Shown: positions 16,859 to 27,797, counted from the first letter of the stretch. The stretch: DNA of 64,000 nucleotides from Minisyncoccota bacterium (GCA_023142995.1 JAGLIM010000024.1:6071-70070); one strand, 5' to 3'. The notes: a model not told the origin generated them from the sequence alone. Translations and numbers: made by a program.

Positions 16859-18142
16859 TTGATTATTAATTACACTGAAATTATGAAACAATTATCACAA
16901 TTTTATAAAACAAAATATTTTCAAATTCTTTTTGCCATTTTTGCTTTTCTTGTTGTTTATTATAGAAGAACAGAGATCATATTAGATCCTCAATTCTGGG
17001 CAGAAGATGGTGCGGCTTGGTTTGCAAATGCTTATAATCTAGGAGCTTTTAAAAGCTTGTTTTTGGTACAGGATGGATATTTCCAAACTCTTTCAAGAAT
17101 TGTGGCAATCGTTGCTATGTTATTTCCAATCATCAAAGCGCCTTTGATCTTTAACTTTTCTGCTTTAATCGTTCAAATTCTTCCAGCTATATTTTTACTT
17201 TCTTCAAGATTTGAAAAACTAATCTCAAATTTTAATATTAGGATCCTACTTGTGCTTTTATATCTATTTTTGCCCAATACAGCTGAAATTAGTGGGAATA
17301 TTACAAACGCGCAATGGTTTTTAGCACTCCTAGCTTTTATGGTTCTGATAGCCAAAAGTAGTGACCGAAAGTCATGGAAAATATTTGATTTTTTAGTTCT
17401 ACTCTTAGCTGGTTTGAGTGGTCCGTTTTCAATATTACTTTTACCAATTGCATTTTTTATTTGGTTTTATAAACGAAAAAAATCTTATTTTCAAAATTTT
17501 ATCATTATCTTTTCTACTGCCGCTGTTCAAATCTTTGGAATATTCTATTTAGATGGTGGCGAGCGAATAGCGATTATACCAGATATTACTGTGAAATTAT
17601 TCTTTTCAATTTTTGCCAGACAAATAGTGTGGGGTTCTTTGATTGGTGTGAATGGTTATATGTGGATCTTGAATAATATTTCTTGGTATTTTATATTTTT
17701 TGCTTTTTCAACTTTTCTGGCTTTGGTTCTCATTGTCTATGCTCTGTTTAAATCTTTGTTTGAACTTAAGCTTTTTATAATATTTGGTTTGCTAATTTTT
17801 ATATCATCTTTAATTTCGCCGACAGGACTTCCAAAGGATCACGAATTAGAATTTTTATCTCAGCTGACAACCGGCAATCGTTATTGGATGATTCCGATGT
17901 GTTCTTTTCTTGTAACTTTGGTTTGGGGACTATCTAGAAAAAGTCATATTGTTATAAAAATAATTTCAGCAATGTTTTTGACAACTGCGATCTATGGAGC
18001 TGTTGTTGATTTTCATCATCTGAAATTTGTTGATTATCAATTTAGATCAGAAATCGAAAAATTTGAAGATTTTCCATCAGGACATCAAATGTCTATTCCG
18101 ATCAATCCCTATGGATGGGAGATGGAACTTATAAAACGATGA
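16859..18142 (+). CDS. polytopic integral membrane protein (GT-C-like fold possible)
   Basis: More than 10 hydrophobic segments. Alternative ATG start at 16883. Confidence 0.5.
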   Translation: MIINYTEIMKQLSQFYKTKYFQILFAIFAFLVVYYRRTEIILDPQFWAEDGAAWFANAYNLGAFKSLFLVQDGYFQTLSRIVAIVAMLFPIIKAPLIFNFSALIVQILPAIFLLSSRFEKLISNFNIRILLVLLYLFLPNTAEISGNITNAQWFLALLAFMVLIAKSSDRKSWKIFDFLVLLLAGLSGPFSILLLPIAFFIWFYKRKKSYFQNFIIIFSTAAVQIFGIFYLDGGERIAIIPDITVKLFFSIFARQIVWGSLIGVNGYMWILNNISWYFIFFAFSTFLALVLIVYALFKSLFELKLFIIFGLLIFISSLISPTGLPKDHELEFLSQLTTGNRYWMIPMCSFLVTLVWGLSRKSHIVIKIISAMFLTTAIYGAVVDFHHLKFVDYQFRSEIEKFEDFPSGHQMSIPINPYGWEMELIKR

Positions 18143-18216
18143 TAAAAGTTTCTGGTGTTTCTGGTGTTGTCTATTTTAAAAATAAGATATATAATTATAT
18201 TAGTTATTATATCTAA

Positions 18217-18279
18217 ATATCGTTTGACTTTATGGAGAACTTTGCGCGATAAATTTCTCCACAAGGTCGAAAAATATTT
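18217..18279. repeat. R2 hairpin repeat, dispersed copy
   Basis: atatcgtttgactttatggagaac-loop-tttctccacaaggtcgaaaaatattt. Same family as 60924-61101 and 62591-62797. Confidence 0.75.
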
Positions 18280-18349
18280 GTAGGTTAAAAAATATTTGTA
18301 GGTTAAAAAATATTAATATATTTATACAATAAAAATAAGAGCAATGTAA

Positions 18350-19459
18350 ATGAATTCATTGAATTGGCATAAAATATTGAAAAATCCTTATGTGAAATTT
18401 GTTTTAAATTTAATGTTGATTTTGTTTGTTCTTTATTTATTTTTGCTTAGTATAAAATTAATGGGAACTTCGTTCAAGATGTTCGGGAAGGAGTTTGCTG
18501 AAAATATTATCGCTGGAACATCAAATCCGCTTGTCGCTCTTTTTATTGGAATTTTGGCAACAAGCTTGATCCAAAGTTCTTCAAGTACAACATCTATTGT
18601 AGTTGGACTAGTTGCTTCTGGAGTTTTTCCAATTGCTAATGCGATTCCGATCATTATGGGGGCAAACATTGGTACCACGGTAACGAATACGATCGTGTCT
18701 ATGGCGCATATCACCAGAAAGTTGGAGTTTAAAAGGGCGCTGGCAGGGTCAATTGTTCATGATATATTCAATATTATGACTGTGATCGTTCTGTTTCCTC
18801 TTGAAATGAAATTTCACTTTCTTGAAAAAATATCTAGTGTTCTTGCTAGGTTTTTTGTTGATTTTGGCGGAGCAAAACTTTTTAATCCTTTAAGTGCAAT
18901 TTTAAATCCAGTTATTGATCTTATGAAAGATAATATTAATATTCCTGCTGTTTTATTTGCAATTTCAATTGTATTGATGTTTACCTCACTTATTGCTTTG
19001 GTGAAAATAATGAGAGGATTAATAATTACAAAGGCTAAGGTTCTACTAGATTATTATTTATTCAAAAATGATAGAACAAGTTTTGGGGTAGGTGTTGTGA
19101 TCACAACAATCGTTCAGAGCAGTTCAATATCTACTTCTATAATAGTTCCAATGGTTGGTTCTGGTCTTTTGACGATCAGGCAAATATTTCCCTATACACT
19201 TGGAGCAAACATTGGGACGACAACCACTGCTATGATGGCCTCAATGGCGACTGCTAATCCAATTGCTATAACTGTTGGGTTTGTTCATTTGTTGTTTAAT
19301 GTTTTTGGAATTATAATTATCTATCCATTTCGGAGTATTCCAATCAGAATTGCTGAATCTATTGCTGAATTTGCAGCTAGGTCTAAAAAGAATACCCTTG
19401 TTTTTATAACAGCTTATTGTAGTGCCTATCTTATTCCAATTATAATTATTATTACTTGA
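18350..19459 (+). CDS. Na+/phosphate cotransporter family protein
   Basis: Duplicated QSSS(S/I)TT...GANIGTT motifs typical of Na_Pi_cotrans. Confidence 0.8.
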   Translation: MNSLNWHKILKNPYVKFVLNLMLILFVLYLFLLSIKLMGTSFKMFGKEFAENIIAGTSNPLVALFIGILATSLIQSSSSTTSIVVGLVASGVFPIANAIPIIMGANIGTTVTNTIVSMAHITRKLEFKRALAGSIVHDIFNIMTVIVLFPLEMKFHFLEKISSVLARFFVDFGGAKLFNPLSAILNPVIDLMKDNINIPAVLFAISIVLMFTSLIALVKIMRGLIITKAKVLLDYYLFKNDRTSFGVGVVITTIVQSSSISTSIIVPMVGSGLLTIRQIFPYTLGANIGTTTTAMMASMATANPIAITVGFVHLLFNVFGIIIIYPFRSIPIRIAESIAEFAARSKKNTLVFITAYCSAYLIPIIIIIT

Positions 19460-19500
19460 GTAAAAAATTATTAAATCTTTCTAAATCATAAATTAAATTT

Positions 19501-20178
19501 ATGTTCAAAAAACTAAAGGAAGTTCTGCAAAGGGAAAATTTATTAAAGCAATCTTTTGATACGTTGGAAGTTATGCTTAATAAGAATCGGGAAACATTTA
19601 AGTTGGTAACTGACTTTTTGATTACTGGAAAAGAGATACATAAAAATATACACAAGGAAGATAGAAAGATCAATCGTTATGAAATGGAGATCCGTAAAAA
19701 GATTCTGGAACATGTTTCTATTGACCCAGAGCAAGATGTGACTTTCGCGCTTATTTTGCTTGGAGCAACGAGGGACGTGGAGCGGACAGGGGATTTTATG
19801 AAGAATATATATGATATATCTTTGAAATTAGAAAATGATTTTCCTGATAACAAATATGCAGAAATTATAAAAAAACAAGTTGATATAATCTTAAAGATGT
19901 TTGATCTTACATGTGAGGCTTTTGTAAATTCTGATGAAGAAAAAGCAAAACAAGTTGTTGATATGCATAAGAAGGATATTTGTGGCAGATCAGATCAGAT
20001 CGTAGCAAGTACGATTGATGATAGTGAGATTAAGGTTAAAAATGCAGTTGTCTATGCATTACTTGCTGTTTATTTTCGAAGGATAAGCGCTCATCTTGCA
20101 AATGTTTCTTCAAGTGTCATTAATCCATTTGAAAAGGTAAGATATATTGATAATGATAAGGAATTATCAGATATATAA
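19501..20178 (+). CDS. PhoU-like regulatory protein
   Basis: Two PhoU-type helices (ATRDVERTGDFMKNIYD; AVYFRRISAHLANV). Classic pairing with the upstream Na/Pi transporter. Confidence 0.65.
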   Translation: MFKKLKEVLQRENLLKQSFDTLEVMLNKNRETFKLVTDFLITGKEIHKNIHKEDRKINRYEMEIRKKILEHVSIDPEQDVTFALILLGATRDVERTGDFMKNIYDISLKLENDFPDNKYAEIIKKQVDIILKMFDLTCEAFVNSDEEKAKQVVDMHKKDICGRSDQIVASTIDDSEIKVKNAVVYALLAVYFRRISAHLANVSSSVINPFEKVRYIDNDKELSDI

Positions 20179-20199
20179 ATTTTGTGATATTTTATCTAT

Positions 20200-20236
20200 C
20201 CTCTAAGTGGTTCTTAAAGTCACTTAGAGGTTTTAA
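20200..20236 (+). terminator. intrinsic terminator
   Basis: CCTCTAAGTG-11nt-CACTTAGAGG followed by TTTT. A related CTAAGTG/CACTTAGAGG hairpin recurs at 22795. Confidence 0.6.
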
Positions 20237-20362
20237 ATTTGTAGTTTTTCAGAACTTTCTTAAGTGTAGTTAAGTAGCTTGGAGCTGTTAAGACTTGTTT
20301 TCTTATTTGTAGTTTTTTATATTAAGTAATATAATAAAGAAGGTTAATATTAACTGACAATA

Positions 20363-21550
20363 ATGGAGAATTTATTTTTATTTATTAGCGTAGCTTTTCT
20401 GTTTATTTTTATTTTTGGCAGAATTCTAGAAAAAATAAGGGTGCCTTGGATCTTTGCATCATTAATATTTGGATTATTACTTGCAATTTATAATCCGTTT
20501 AGTTCTATTACAGACTCTGCGATATTTATTTTTATGGCTGAACTGGGAATGTACTTTTTACTTTTTATAGTTGGTTTTGAGATCAATTTACAGGAATTAA
20601 AAGAAAAAGGAAAATTTGTTTTAAAGTCAACATTCTTGATCATTTTTTTTGAAGCATTTCTGGGCAGTTTATTAATTCATTTTATTTTTAATTGTAGCTG
20701 GTTTATATCTCTTTTGGTTTCATTGTCATTTGCTTCTGTTGGAGAGATTATATTGATCCCTCTTCTAGACGAATTTAAGATGCTTAAAACAAAATTAGGA
20801 AGAGCGATCGTTGATATTGGAGTCACAGGTAATGTCATTGAAATATTCATACTTGTTGTTGTTTCTATTTTAATAGCTTCTCATGATCCGGCAAGAATTT
20901 ATGTGACATTGTTATCTTTGCTGGTTTTGTTTTTACTTACTATTGGATTTGTTCATTTCAGGCGAGAAGGAGAACAATTTCATTTTATGAATGTTGATAC
21001 GATGTTTATTTTTTCGATCTTTATTCTCTTTTTATTTCTTGGTATCGGGACATATGCCAATGCTGCTCCGCTTGCCGCACTTGCTGCTGGAATTTCATTG
21101 AAAACTTTTATGCATCAAGAGAGACTGGAACTAATTGAAAAAGAAGTAAAAGCAATCTCTTATGGATTTTTTGCGCCACTTTTCTTTTTGTGGGTAGGAA
21201 TGTCAATTAGTATTGATGCTTTGATAACATATCCGCTTGTTATTTTACTAATTGTTGCAGTTACAAAGAGTGTAAAAATTATTGTGAGCTATTTTGTTGG
21301 CAGAAAAGAGTTAGGCAAGAAGGAATCAATTTTACTTGGTATTGGACTTTCAGTAAAATTTAGTACCAGTATTATTATTACAAAAATTTTATTTCAGGAA
21401 GGGCTTATTAATATTGAATTATATTCAGTTATAATCTCTTCAAGTATAGTTTTTAATTTTGTTGTTCCATTTCTATTCTCTAGTTTGATCGTGAAATGGA
21501 AAATCGCGAGCAATAGAGGTGTATATAAAATGTTTAAATCAAAAATATGA
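20363..21550 (+). CDS. cation:proton antiporter (CPA2/Kef-type Na+/H+ exchanger family)
   Basis: 12-13 TM segments with Na_H_Exchanger-like organisation. Confidence 0.65.
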   Translation: MENLFLFISVAFLFIFIFGRILEKIRVPWIFASLIFGLLLAIYNPFSSITDSAIFIFMAELGMYFLLFIVGFEINLQELKEKGKFVLKSTFLIIFFEAFLGSLLIHFIFNCSWFISLLVSLSFASVGEIILIPLLDEFKMLKTKLGRAIVDIGVTGNVIEIFILVVVSILIASHDPARIYVTLLSLLVLFLLTIGFVHFRREGEQFHFMNVDTMFIFSIFILFLFLGIGTYANAAPLAALAAGISLKTFMHQERLELIEKEVKAISYGFFAPLFFLWVGMSISIDALITYPLVILLIVAVTKSVKIIVSYFVGRKELGKKESILLGIGLSVKFSTSIIITKILFQEGLINIELYSVIISSSIVFNFVVPFLFSSLIVKWKIASNRGVYKMFKSKI

Positions 21551-22116
21551 CTATTAAATCAGCAGAATTTATCAAGGGAGTGGTTAGTGATGATGCGATC
21601 TTATTTGATAATATTCCACATATTGCATTTATCGGAAGATCCAATGTTGGAAAATCAAGTGTTATTAATGCAATTGTTGGTAGGAAAAAATTAGTGAAAT
21701 CGAGTTCAACACCTGGGAAGACAAGAGAGATAAATTTTTTTCTAATTGATGAAAAAGTATATTTTGTTGATCTTCCTGGATATGGTTTTGCTAAAGCATC
21801 TTTTACGCAAAGAGAAAAGATAAGGCAGTTGATCTTATGGTATCTTACAGATATTGAAGTCAAAAACAGAAAAATTGTTTTGATCGTTGATGCAAAAGTT
21901 GGTTTAACAAAACTTGATCTGGAAATGATAGATATTTTAAATGACAATCAGGCTGATTATATTATAGTTGCGAATAAAGCTGATAAGCTTAAGAGGAACG
22001 ATCGACAGAAAACAGTAAAGGAAATTTCAAAAAATTCTTTTGGAAAGATAGTTTATCTTTTTTCTGCAAAAAAAGGAGAAGGTAAAAATGATCTATTAAC
22101 AGCTATTTTTGAATAA
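21547..22116 (+). CDS. engB: ribosome biogenesis GTPase EngB/YsxC
   Basis: FIGRSNVGKSS (G1), TPGKT (G2) and DLPGYG (G3), with EngB spacing. 4-bp overlap with the upstream gene. Confidence 0.85.
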   Translation: MTIKSAEFIKGVVSDDAILFDNIPHIAFIGRSNVGKSSVINAIVGRKKLVKSSSTPGKTREINFFLIDEKVYFVDLPGYGFAKASFTQREKIRQLILWYLTDIEVKNRKIVLIVDAKVGLTKLDLEMIDILNDNQADYIIVANKADKLKRNDRQKTVKEISKNSFGKIVYLFSAKKGEGKNDLLTAIFE

Positions 22117-22166
22117 ATGTTACTAAATTGAATCTAAGTAGGTGATAATGTTATTTGAGCGAACTA

Positions 22167-22190
22167 AAGGACAGTCCTTTTATTTGCTTA
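22167..22190 (+). terminator. terminator-like palindrome after engB
   Basis: AAAGGAC-AG-TCCTTT then TTATTT. The same palindrome recurs at 22248 just before the next gene. Confidence 0.4.
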
Positions 22191-22289
22191 ACAAAGTCAA
22201 ACTATTTCATTTGTAAATAGTAAGAAAATTAAGGACTAAATAATTGATGAAAAGGACTGTCCTTGAGATAAAAAATAATTATAATCAAT

Positions 22290-22721
22290 ATGGAAACAAA
22301 ATCAAACAAAATAACAGGTTATGCTTTATTGATATTAGGTATTCTTATGATTTTCTGTGGAGTTTATTCTTCGTATGGAATATTTACAGCGAAAAATGAT
22401 GTACCAAAAGTTTTTTCAAATGATGATAGTGGGATCGTTGAATTTGAAATAACTGATGATAAAAATGAAAACGTTGATCTGAGCGAAATTGATAAATCAA
22501 GATTAACCGATCCAACATATCTCAAAAGTCTTGAGACGCAACAAAAAGGAGCAACAGGTGATTTGATCCAAGAACAAATCTCAAGCCAATTAAAAGAAAT
22601 AATACCAGTTGGATTTATATTGAAATTATTAAATCTTTCAAGCTGGTCGCTATTTATGTTCATTTTGATCTTTGCAGGAAGTAAAATCTCGACATTGGGA
22701 ATTAAGTTATTGAAAGATTGA
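22290..22721 (+). CDS. hypothetical membrane protein
   Basis: N- and C-terminal hydrophobic segments. Confidence 0.45.
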   Translation: METKSNKITGYALLILGILMIFCGVYSSYGIFTAKNDVPKVFSNDDSGIVEFEITDDKNENVDLSEIDKSRLTDPTYLKSLETQQKGATGDLIQEQISSQLKEIIPVGFILKLLNLSSWSLFMFILIFAGSKISTLGIKLLKD

Positions 22722-22880
22722 TAAGATAAAGAAAAAAATAATAGATTTGTTGCAAATAACACGTTTTATAGAGCTTATGTTAGATTATTTGACAAACTTA
22801 AAACCCCTAAGTGTTTTGAAGAGCCACTTAGAGGCTAGACTAGCTGAAATATTACTAAAAATGTATTTTTCAGAAATTCT

Positions 22881-23057
22881 TTAAGAGTTTTCTTTTGCGG
22901 AAGTTTTAATACATTTTGTACAAATTCTAACTTTCTTACCATCAACATTCTTTGTTTGAAGATTAATATACTGTTTTCTCTTAGTGGCAATATTTGAATG
23001 ACTTCGTGATTGACTAGATGTTGTACCTCGACCGCAAACTTGACATGTTCTACTCAT
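22881..23057 (-). CDS. rpmB: 50S ribosomal protein L28
   Basis: Not in the ORF track (58 aa). The minus-strand translation MSRTCQVCGRGTTSSQSRSHSNIATKRKQYINLQ matches the L28 signature M.R.C...G....GN.SHA.N.TKR. Confidence 0.75.
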   Translation of the reverse strand: MSRTCQVCGRGTTSSQSRSHSNIATKRKQYINLQTKNVDGKKVRICTKCIKTSAKENS

Positions 23058-23114
23058 AAATATAAAATTAACTTATTATTTACAATAATTATATATTAAA
23101 CTAATTAATTAATT

Positions 23115-23768
23115 TTGGCAAGTATGATAGAAATCATTCAAATATTTTCTTTTGTAATTCTTATATTTTCAATTGTTATTCATGAATTTGCGCATGGTTG
23201 GATGGCAAATAGTCTTGGAGATCCGACTGCAAAATTTATGGGTAGATTGACTCTAAATCCTATAGCACATATTGATTTGGTAGGATCTGTTATATTACCA
23301 TTGTTCTTATTATTATCTGGTTCAAGCTATATGTTCGGATGGGCAAAACCAGTTCCATACAATCCATATAATTTAAGAGATAAAAAAAAAGGAGAACTAT
23401 TGGTAGCGGTTGCTGGTCCTGTTTCAAATTTGATGATAGCTTTGATCTTTGGAATTATTATAAGAATGTTATTATTGCAGGGTTATGCCATTGATAATAA
23501 TATAATAATTATGTTTGGAATAATTGTTTTATATAATGTCTTGTTGGCTGTGTTTAATTTGGTGCCAATTCCACCACTTGATGGTTCAAAAGTATTATTT
23601 CATTTTCTTCCATATTCTATGCAGAATATAAGAGAGGTGCTAGAGAAAAATGGAATGATATTTATTATTTTATTTATATTTTTTGGATTTCAGTTTATTA
23701 TTCCAATAATATTAATTTTATTTGTATTTATGACAGGCAGTAGTGATCTATTAATGGTTATGTTCTAA
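23115..23768 (+). CDS. site-2 protease family (M50) zinc metalloprotease
   Basis: HEFAHG zinc motif in a TM helix. NLVPIPPLDGS motif. Confidence 0.75.
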   Translation: MASMIEIIQIFSFVILIFSIVIHEFAHGWMANSLGDPTAKFMGRLTLNPIAHIDLVGSVILPLFLLLSGSSYMFGWAKPVPYNPYNLRDKKKGELLVAVAGPVSNLMIALIFGIIIRMLLLQGYAIDNNIIIMFGIIVLYNVLLAVFNLVPIPPLDGSKVLFHFLPYSMQNIREVLEKNGMIFIILFIFFGFQFIIPIILILFVFMTGSSDLLMVMF

Positions 23769-23928
23769 GTATAGATTATAATGATAATTTTCTTGACATA
23801 TCTATAAACATCTGTTAATCTTTGAGTTATAAGAACTAAAATCAAATCTTAAATGAAAAATTGCACAAGCTTATGCAGTTGTGCTATTTTTAACTGATTT
23901 TTATAATAAAAATATTTAATTTAAAACA

Positions 23929-24345
23929 ATGCCTACTATACAACAATTGATTAGAAAACCAAGGAAGAAAACTGTTAAAAAAACAAAAACACCTGCTTTG
24001 TCGCGAAACTTCAATTTTTTAAAAAATAAGCCATCAACTGCGAAGAAAGGTAATCCATTTAAACGTGGTGTTTGTGTTAAAGTTGGAACAGTAACTCCAA
24101 GAAAGCCAAACTCAGCTCTTCGAAAAATAGCTAGAGTAAAGTTAACAAATGGTTCTGAAGTAACAGCTTATATTCCAGGTATTGGTCATAATTTACAAGA
24201 ACATTCCGTTGTTATGATAAGAGGTGGTAGAGTAAAAGATCTTCCAGGTGTAAGATATCATGTTGTCAGAGGCGTTTTAGATGCTGCTGGAGTTGAAGGA
24301 AGAAAACAAGAAAGAAGTAAATATGGAGCAAAGAAGCCGAAATAG
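23929..24345 (+). CDS. rpsL: 30S ribosomal protein S12
   Basis: [14 protein letters not shown]...PNSALRK...[13 protein letters not shown]. Confidence 0.95.
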   Translation: MPTIQQLIRKPRKKTVKKTKTPALSRNFNFLKNKPSTAKKGNPFKRGVCVKVGTVTPRKPNSALRKIARVKLTNGSEVTAYIPGIGHNLQEHSVVMIRGGRVKDLPGVRYHVVRGVLDAAGVEGRKQERSKYGAKKPK

Positions 24346-24394
24346 AACAATTTCAAAATCCAAAATCTAAATATCAAATAATTTTTATAAAAAT

Positions 24395-24865
24395 ATGGGA
24401 AGAAGAAAAAAGACAATTGATAGAGGTATAAAATCAGATTATAAACATAATAACGCTATGTTATCAAGGTTTATAAACTATATTATGAAAGATGGAAAGA
24501 AAAGCGTTGCAACAAAGATCGTTTATAGTATGCTTGATATAATCAAGGAAAAAACCAAAGATGATCCAGTTGAAGTTTTTGAATCAGCTTTTAATAAAGT
24601 TGCTCCGATTTTGGAAGTTAAATCCAAAAGAGTTGGTGGAGCCACTTATCAAGTTCCCATAGAAGTTCGTGGAGATAGAAGGATGCAACTTGCTTTTAGA
24701 TGGTTGATAAGTGCCGCAAAAAGTAAAAAAGGGAAACCAATGTCAGAAAAGCTTGCTGAGGAAGTTCTAGATATTATAAACGGAACTGGAAGTGCAATGA
24801 AGAAAAGAGAAGATGTTCAAAAAATGGCAGAAGCAAACAGAGCATTTGCTCATTTCGCAAGATAA
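24395..24865 (+). CDS. rpsG: 30S ribosomal protein S7
   Basis: Full-length S7 signature. Not followed by fusA/tuf. Confidence 0.95.
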   Translation: MGRRKKTIDRGIKSDYKHNNAMLSRFINYIMKDGKKSVATKIVYSMLDIIKEKTKDDPVEVFESAFNKVAPILEVKSKRVGGATYQVPIEVRGDRRMQLAFRWLISAAKSKKGKPMSEKLAEEVLDIINGTGSAMKKREDVQKMAEANRAFAHFAR

Positions 24866-24892
24866 ATCTACTATTGAATTTTATATGACTTT

Positions 24893-24928
24893 TAGAAACT
24901 AGGTCTTTATACGAGATCTAGTTTTTTG
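24893..24928 (+). terminator. intrinsic terminator after rpsG
   Basis: AACTAGGTC...GATCTAGTT followed by TTTTT. Confidence 0.5.
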
Positions 24929-24997
24929 TTGATTTTTTTACTTGGGAGTGCTAGAGTGAGGTTGTGTCTATAGAGTTTAATTTTTTAAATAAAATTT

Positions 24998-26767
24998 ATG
25001 TTTTTTAAGAAATCTAATCTTTGTTTAATAGTTTCTTTTGCTTTGATTTTGGGGGTTTTTAGTGATTATTTATTTCATCAAAAGTCAGTTGGTGTTTCCT
25101 TTTTTGTTTTTATTTCACTTGTGATCATTCTTATTCTGATTTTGGTTGTAAAATCTAAAAAAAGGATAAGCAAAACTCAATCTCTTATTTTAATTCTAGC
25201 TATTTTACTTTCTGCTTTTATATTTCTAAGATCAAGTTCGTTTTTGTCATTTTTTAATTTCTATGGCAGTATATATTTACTGTTTTTATTTCTTGTTTTA
25301 TTTTTTAATAGAAATATTTTAAATTTCAGCTTTACTAAATATATTAGTTTGCCAACTTCTTTTTTTGTAAGATCTTTTCGTGAAGCTGGATCGTTTGTCA
25401 AAAAATGTAAATTGATGATTCCTGAAAGTAATAAAGTTGGTTCAAAGGAATTTCGTAGTGTGATCAAAGGAACTATTATTGCAATTCCATTTTTGATCAT
25501 TTTTGCTTTGCTTCTGTCTTCAGCAGATCAGGTGTTCCAATCCTATCTTAACAAGTTTTTCAAATTTGATCTTGATTTTGAAATAGTTCTAAGGGTATTA
25601 AAAGTTTCAATAATTTCTTATTTATTTCTTGGAATTTTTTATAGGATCACGAAAGGTTCAGATCAGAGTTCTGAATCAACATTAGATCAGAGTTCTGAAT
25701 TAGTATTGGATAAAAAAGCAGAAGAGGTAAAAGGTTTAGACCATAGGACTGAGGTAACATCAGAAGAGAATGAATCCTCTAGCTTTATTGAATCAGCAAC
25801 TGTTTTGGTTTTGATTGAAGCGTTATTTTTGCTTTTTATCGTTATTCAGTTTTTCTATCTTTTTGGCGGTAAAGATTATGTTTGGGGACTTAACGAATAT
25901 ATTACTTATTCTGAGTATGCTAAGAAAGGATTTCATGAACTAATATATGTTTCTATTCTTTCTTTTATTTTAATCTATGCAATTGATGTATTTGGGAAAA
26001 GAAAAACTCTTAAAGAGAAAAAAATATTTAAAATTCTAGGAACTGTTCTTATTTTAGAAATATCTGTGATAATATATTCAGCTTGGACGCGGATGGCTGT
26101 TTATGTTGATGGCTACGGTTTGACCTTTTCCAGATTTTTTGTCTTTGTATTTCTATTATGGATATTTCTTGTATTTTTGAATTTTCTGTATAAGATACTT
26201 TCAGAGAAAAGAAAGGAATTTTTCTTTCTATCGATATTTTGTTTTTCAGCTATTTTTTGGATAGGAATAAATGTTATAAATCCTGATGCCTTTATTGCCC
26301 GGAAAAATGTTCAAAGGTTAATTCAACTGGGAAGCATAGATCATTACTACTTGTCTCGTTTGTCTGTTGATTCTATTCCAGAGACAATGAAGATCTTTCA
26401 AACAAATGTAGACGAGAAAATAAAAATGGAAGTGGCTGAAGGTTTATATTTCCGTTGTGCTTTTCTTTTTGGAGGAAGATATTATTTTATGGGTCCTTCT
26501 TGGGAAGAGGAGCCGATCTCTTTCGGGGAGAAATTAGAAAATATCAGAGAAAGACAAAATGAAAATTGGCAGTCATTGAATATTTCAGAAAGAAAAGCGT
26601 TGTTAGCTCTGGAAGAAAACTATCAGGAGATTGTGAAATATCAAAGCAAATATTTTAAAAAACAAGCAGATGAATGTTGGGAAATGATGAAAGATTGCAA
26701 TGGAAAATGGGGGTGTGAGAAAGAAATGTGCGAAATGTATGAAAAGAAAGCAAAGTTGGAAGAGTAA
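24998..26767 (+). CDS. hypothetical polytopic membrane protein with C-terminal soluble domain
   Basis: Multiple TM segments and an internal duplicated DQSSES segment. Confidence 0.5.
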   Translation: MFFKKSNLCLIVSFALILGVFSDYLFHQKSVGVSFFVFISLVIILILILVVKSKKRISKTQSLILILAILLSAFIFLRSSSFLSFFNFYGSIYLLFLFLVLFFNRNILNFSFTKYISLPTSFFVRSFREAGSFVKKCKLMIPESNKVGSKEFRSVIKGTIIAIPFLIIFALLLSSADQVFQSYLNKFFKFDLDFEIVLRVLKVSIISYLFLGIFYRITKGSDQSSESTLDQSSELVLDKKAEEVKGLDHRTEVTSEENESSSFIESATVLVLIEALFLLFIVIQFFYLFGGKDYVWGLNEYITYSEYAKKGFHELIYVSILSFILIYAIDVFGKRKTLKEKKIFKILGTVLILEISVIIYSAWTRMAVYVDGYGLTFSRFFVFVFLLWIFLVFLNFLYKILSEKRKEFFFLSIFCFSAIFWIGINVINPDAFIARKNVQRLIQLGSIDHYYLSRLSVDSIPETMKIFQTNVDEKIKMEVAEGLYFRCAFLFGGRYYFMGPSWEEEPISFGEKLENIRERQNENWQSLNISERKALLALEENYQEIVKYQSKYFKKQADECWEMMKDCNGKWGCEKEMCEMYEKKAKLEE

Positions 26768-26890
26768 CGTCAATATGGTCATTCTGAACTTGTTTCAGAA
26801 TCTTCAGTATGTTACATTGATTTGATCTATGAATCACAAGATTTTAAATGAAATTGAAAACACAATAATCATAATATAATATTAAATATT

Positions 26891-27181
26891 ATGAAGATAA
26901 ACAAAACATATTATGTTTACATTATGACAAATGTTAGTGATGCCGTTTTATATATTGGAGTGACTAATGATTTACAAAGAAGAATTTATGAACATAAAAA
27001 CAAATTAGTCAAAGGTTTTTCTGAAAAATATAATCTTTGTAAATTAGTTTATTACGAAGAAACCAATGATATCAAATCAGCAATTGCAAGAGAGAAACAA
27101 TTTAAAAACTGGTGTAGACAGTGGAAAGTGGATTTAATCACGGCTGAAAATCCTGGTTTTGTTGATTTGAATATAAACTAG
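26891..27181 (+). CDS. GIY-YIG nuclease family protein
   Basis: YVYIMTN...LYIGVTNDLQRRIYEH. Confidence 0.8.
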   Translation: MKINKTYYVYIMTNVSDAVLYIGVTNDLQRRIYEHKNKLVKGFSEKYNLCKLVYYEETNDIKSAIAREKQFKNWCRQWKVDLITAENPGFVDLNIN

Positions 27182-27227
27182 AACTAAAATAACAAATCTA
27201 ATCTCTAATCAATTAAAAACAAAAACA

Positions 27228-27797
27228 ATGATCAATAAAAAGTTTATCAAGAATTTAAAAAAAGAATACGACAAAAGAGAAGATCAGAGAACTCAAATTA
27301 TTAGTTTGTCTAGTTCTATATTGCATAATTCTAAAAGAATAATTTTTTCTTTGCATAGAGGAGATATTAAAGAAGCCAAAGAAAAGCTTTCTGAAACAGA
27401 AAAAACTTTTAAAAAGTTAGAAAAAAAGTTTGGACATAAACGAATCACAGAAGAGGGGTCATATCGGGCAGGAGCAGAAGAATATACAGAAGCAAAAATG
27501 TTTTATTTGGTTTTAACAGGAAAGAAAATAGACAGAATAAAAGAAGTTGATCTAGATTTTAATTCCTATCTAGGCGGTCTTTGTGATCTAAGTGGCGAGC
27601 TGGTCAGAAAAGCGGTCAACGAAGCGGCAAGTGGAAATTTAAGTGAAGTAAAAAAGATAAAAGAGATCATCAATGAGATTATGTCAGAACTAACAGAATT
27701 TGATATGGTTGGTTACTTGCGAACCAAATACGATCAAGCAAAGCACAATCTAAGAAAGATAGAACAAATTGATTATGAGATAAAGATAAGGGATTAA
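27228..27797 (+). CDS. translin-family protein (putative)
   Basis: SYLGGLCDLSGELVR and C-terminal LRTKYDQAKHNLRKIEQIDYEIKIR parallel the conserved translin segments. Confidence 0.4.
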   Translation: MINKKFIKNLKKEYDKREDQRTQIISLSSSILHNSKRIIFSLHRGDIKEAKEKLSETEKTFKKLEKKFGHKRITEEGSYRAGAEEYTEAKMFYLVLTGKKIDRIKEVDLDFNSYLGGLCDLSGELVRKAVNEAASGNLSEVKKIKEIINEIMSELTEFDMVGYLRTKYDQAKHNLRKIEQIDYEIKIRD

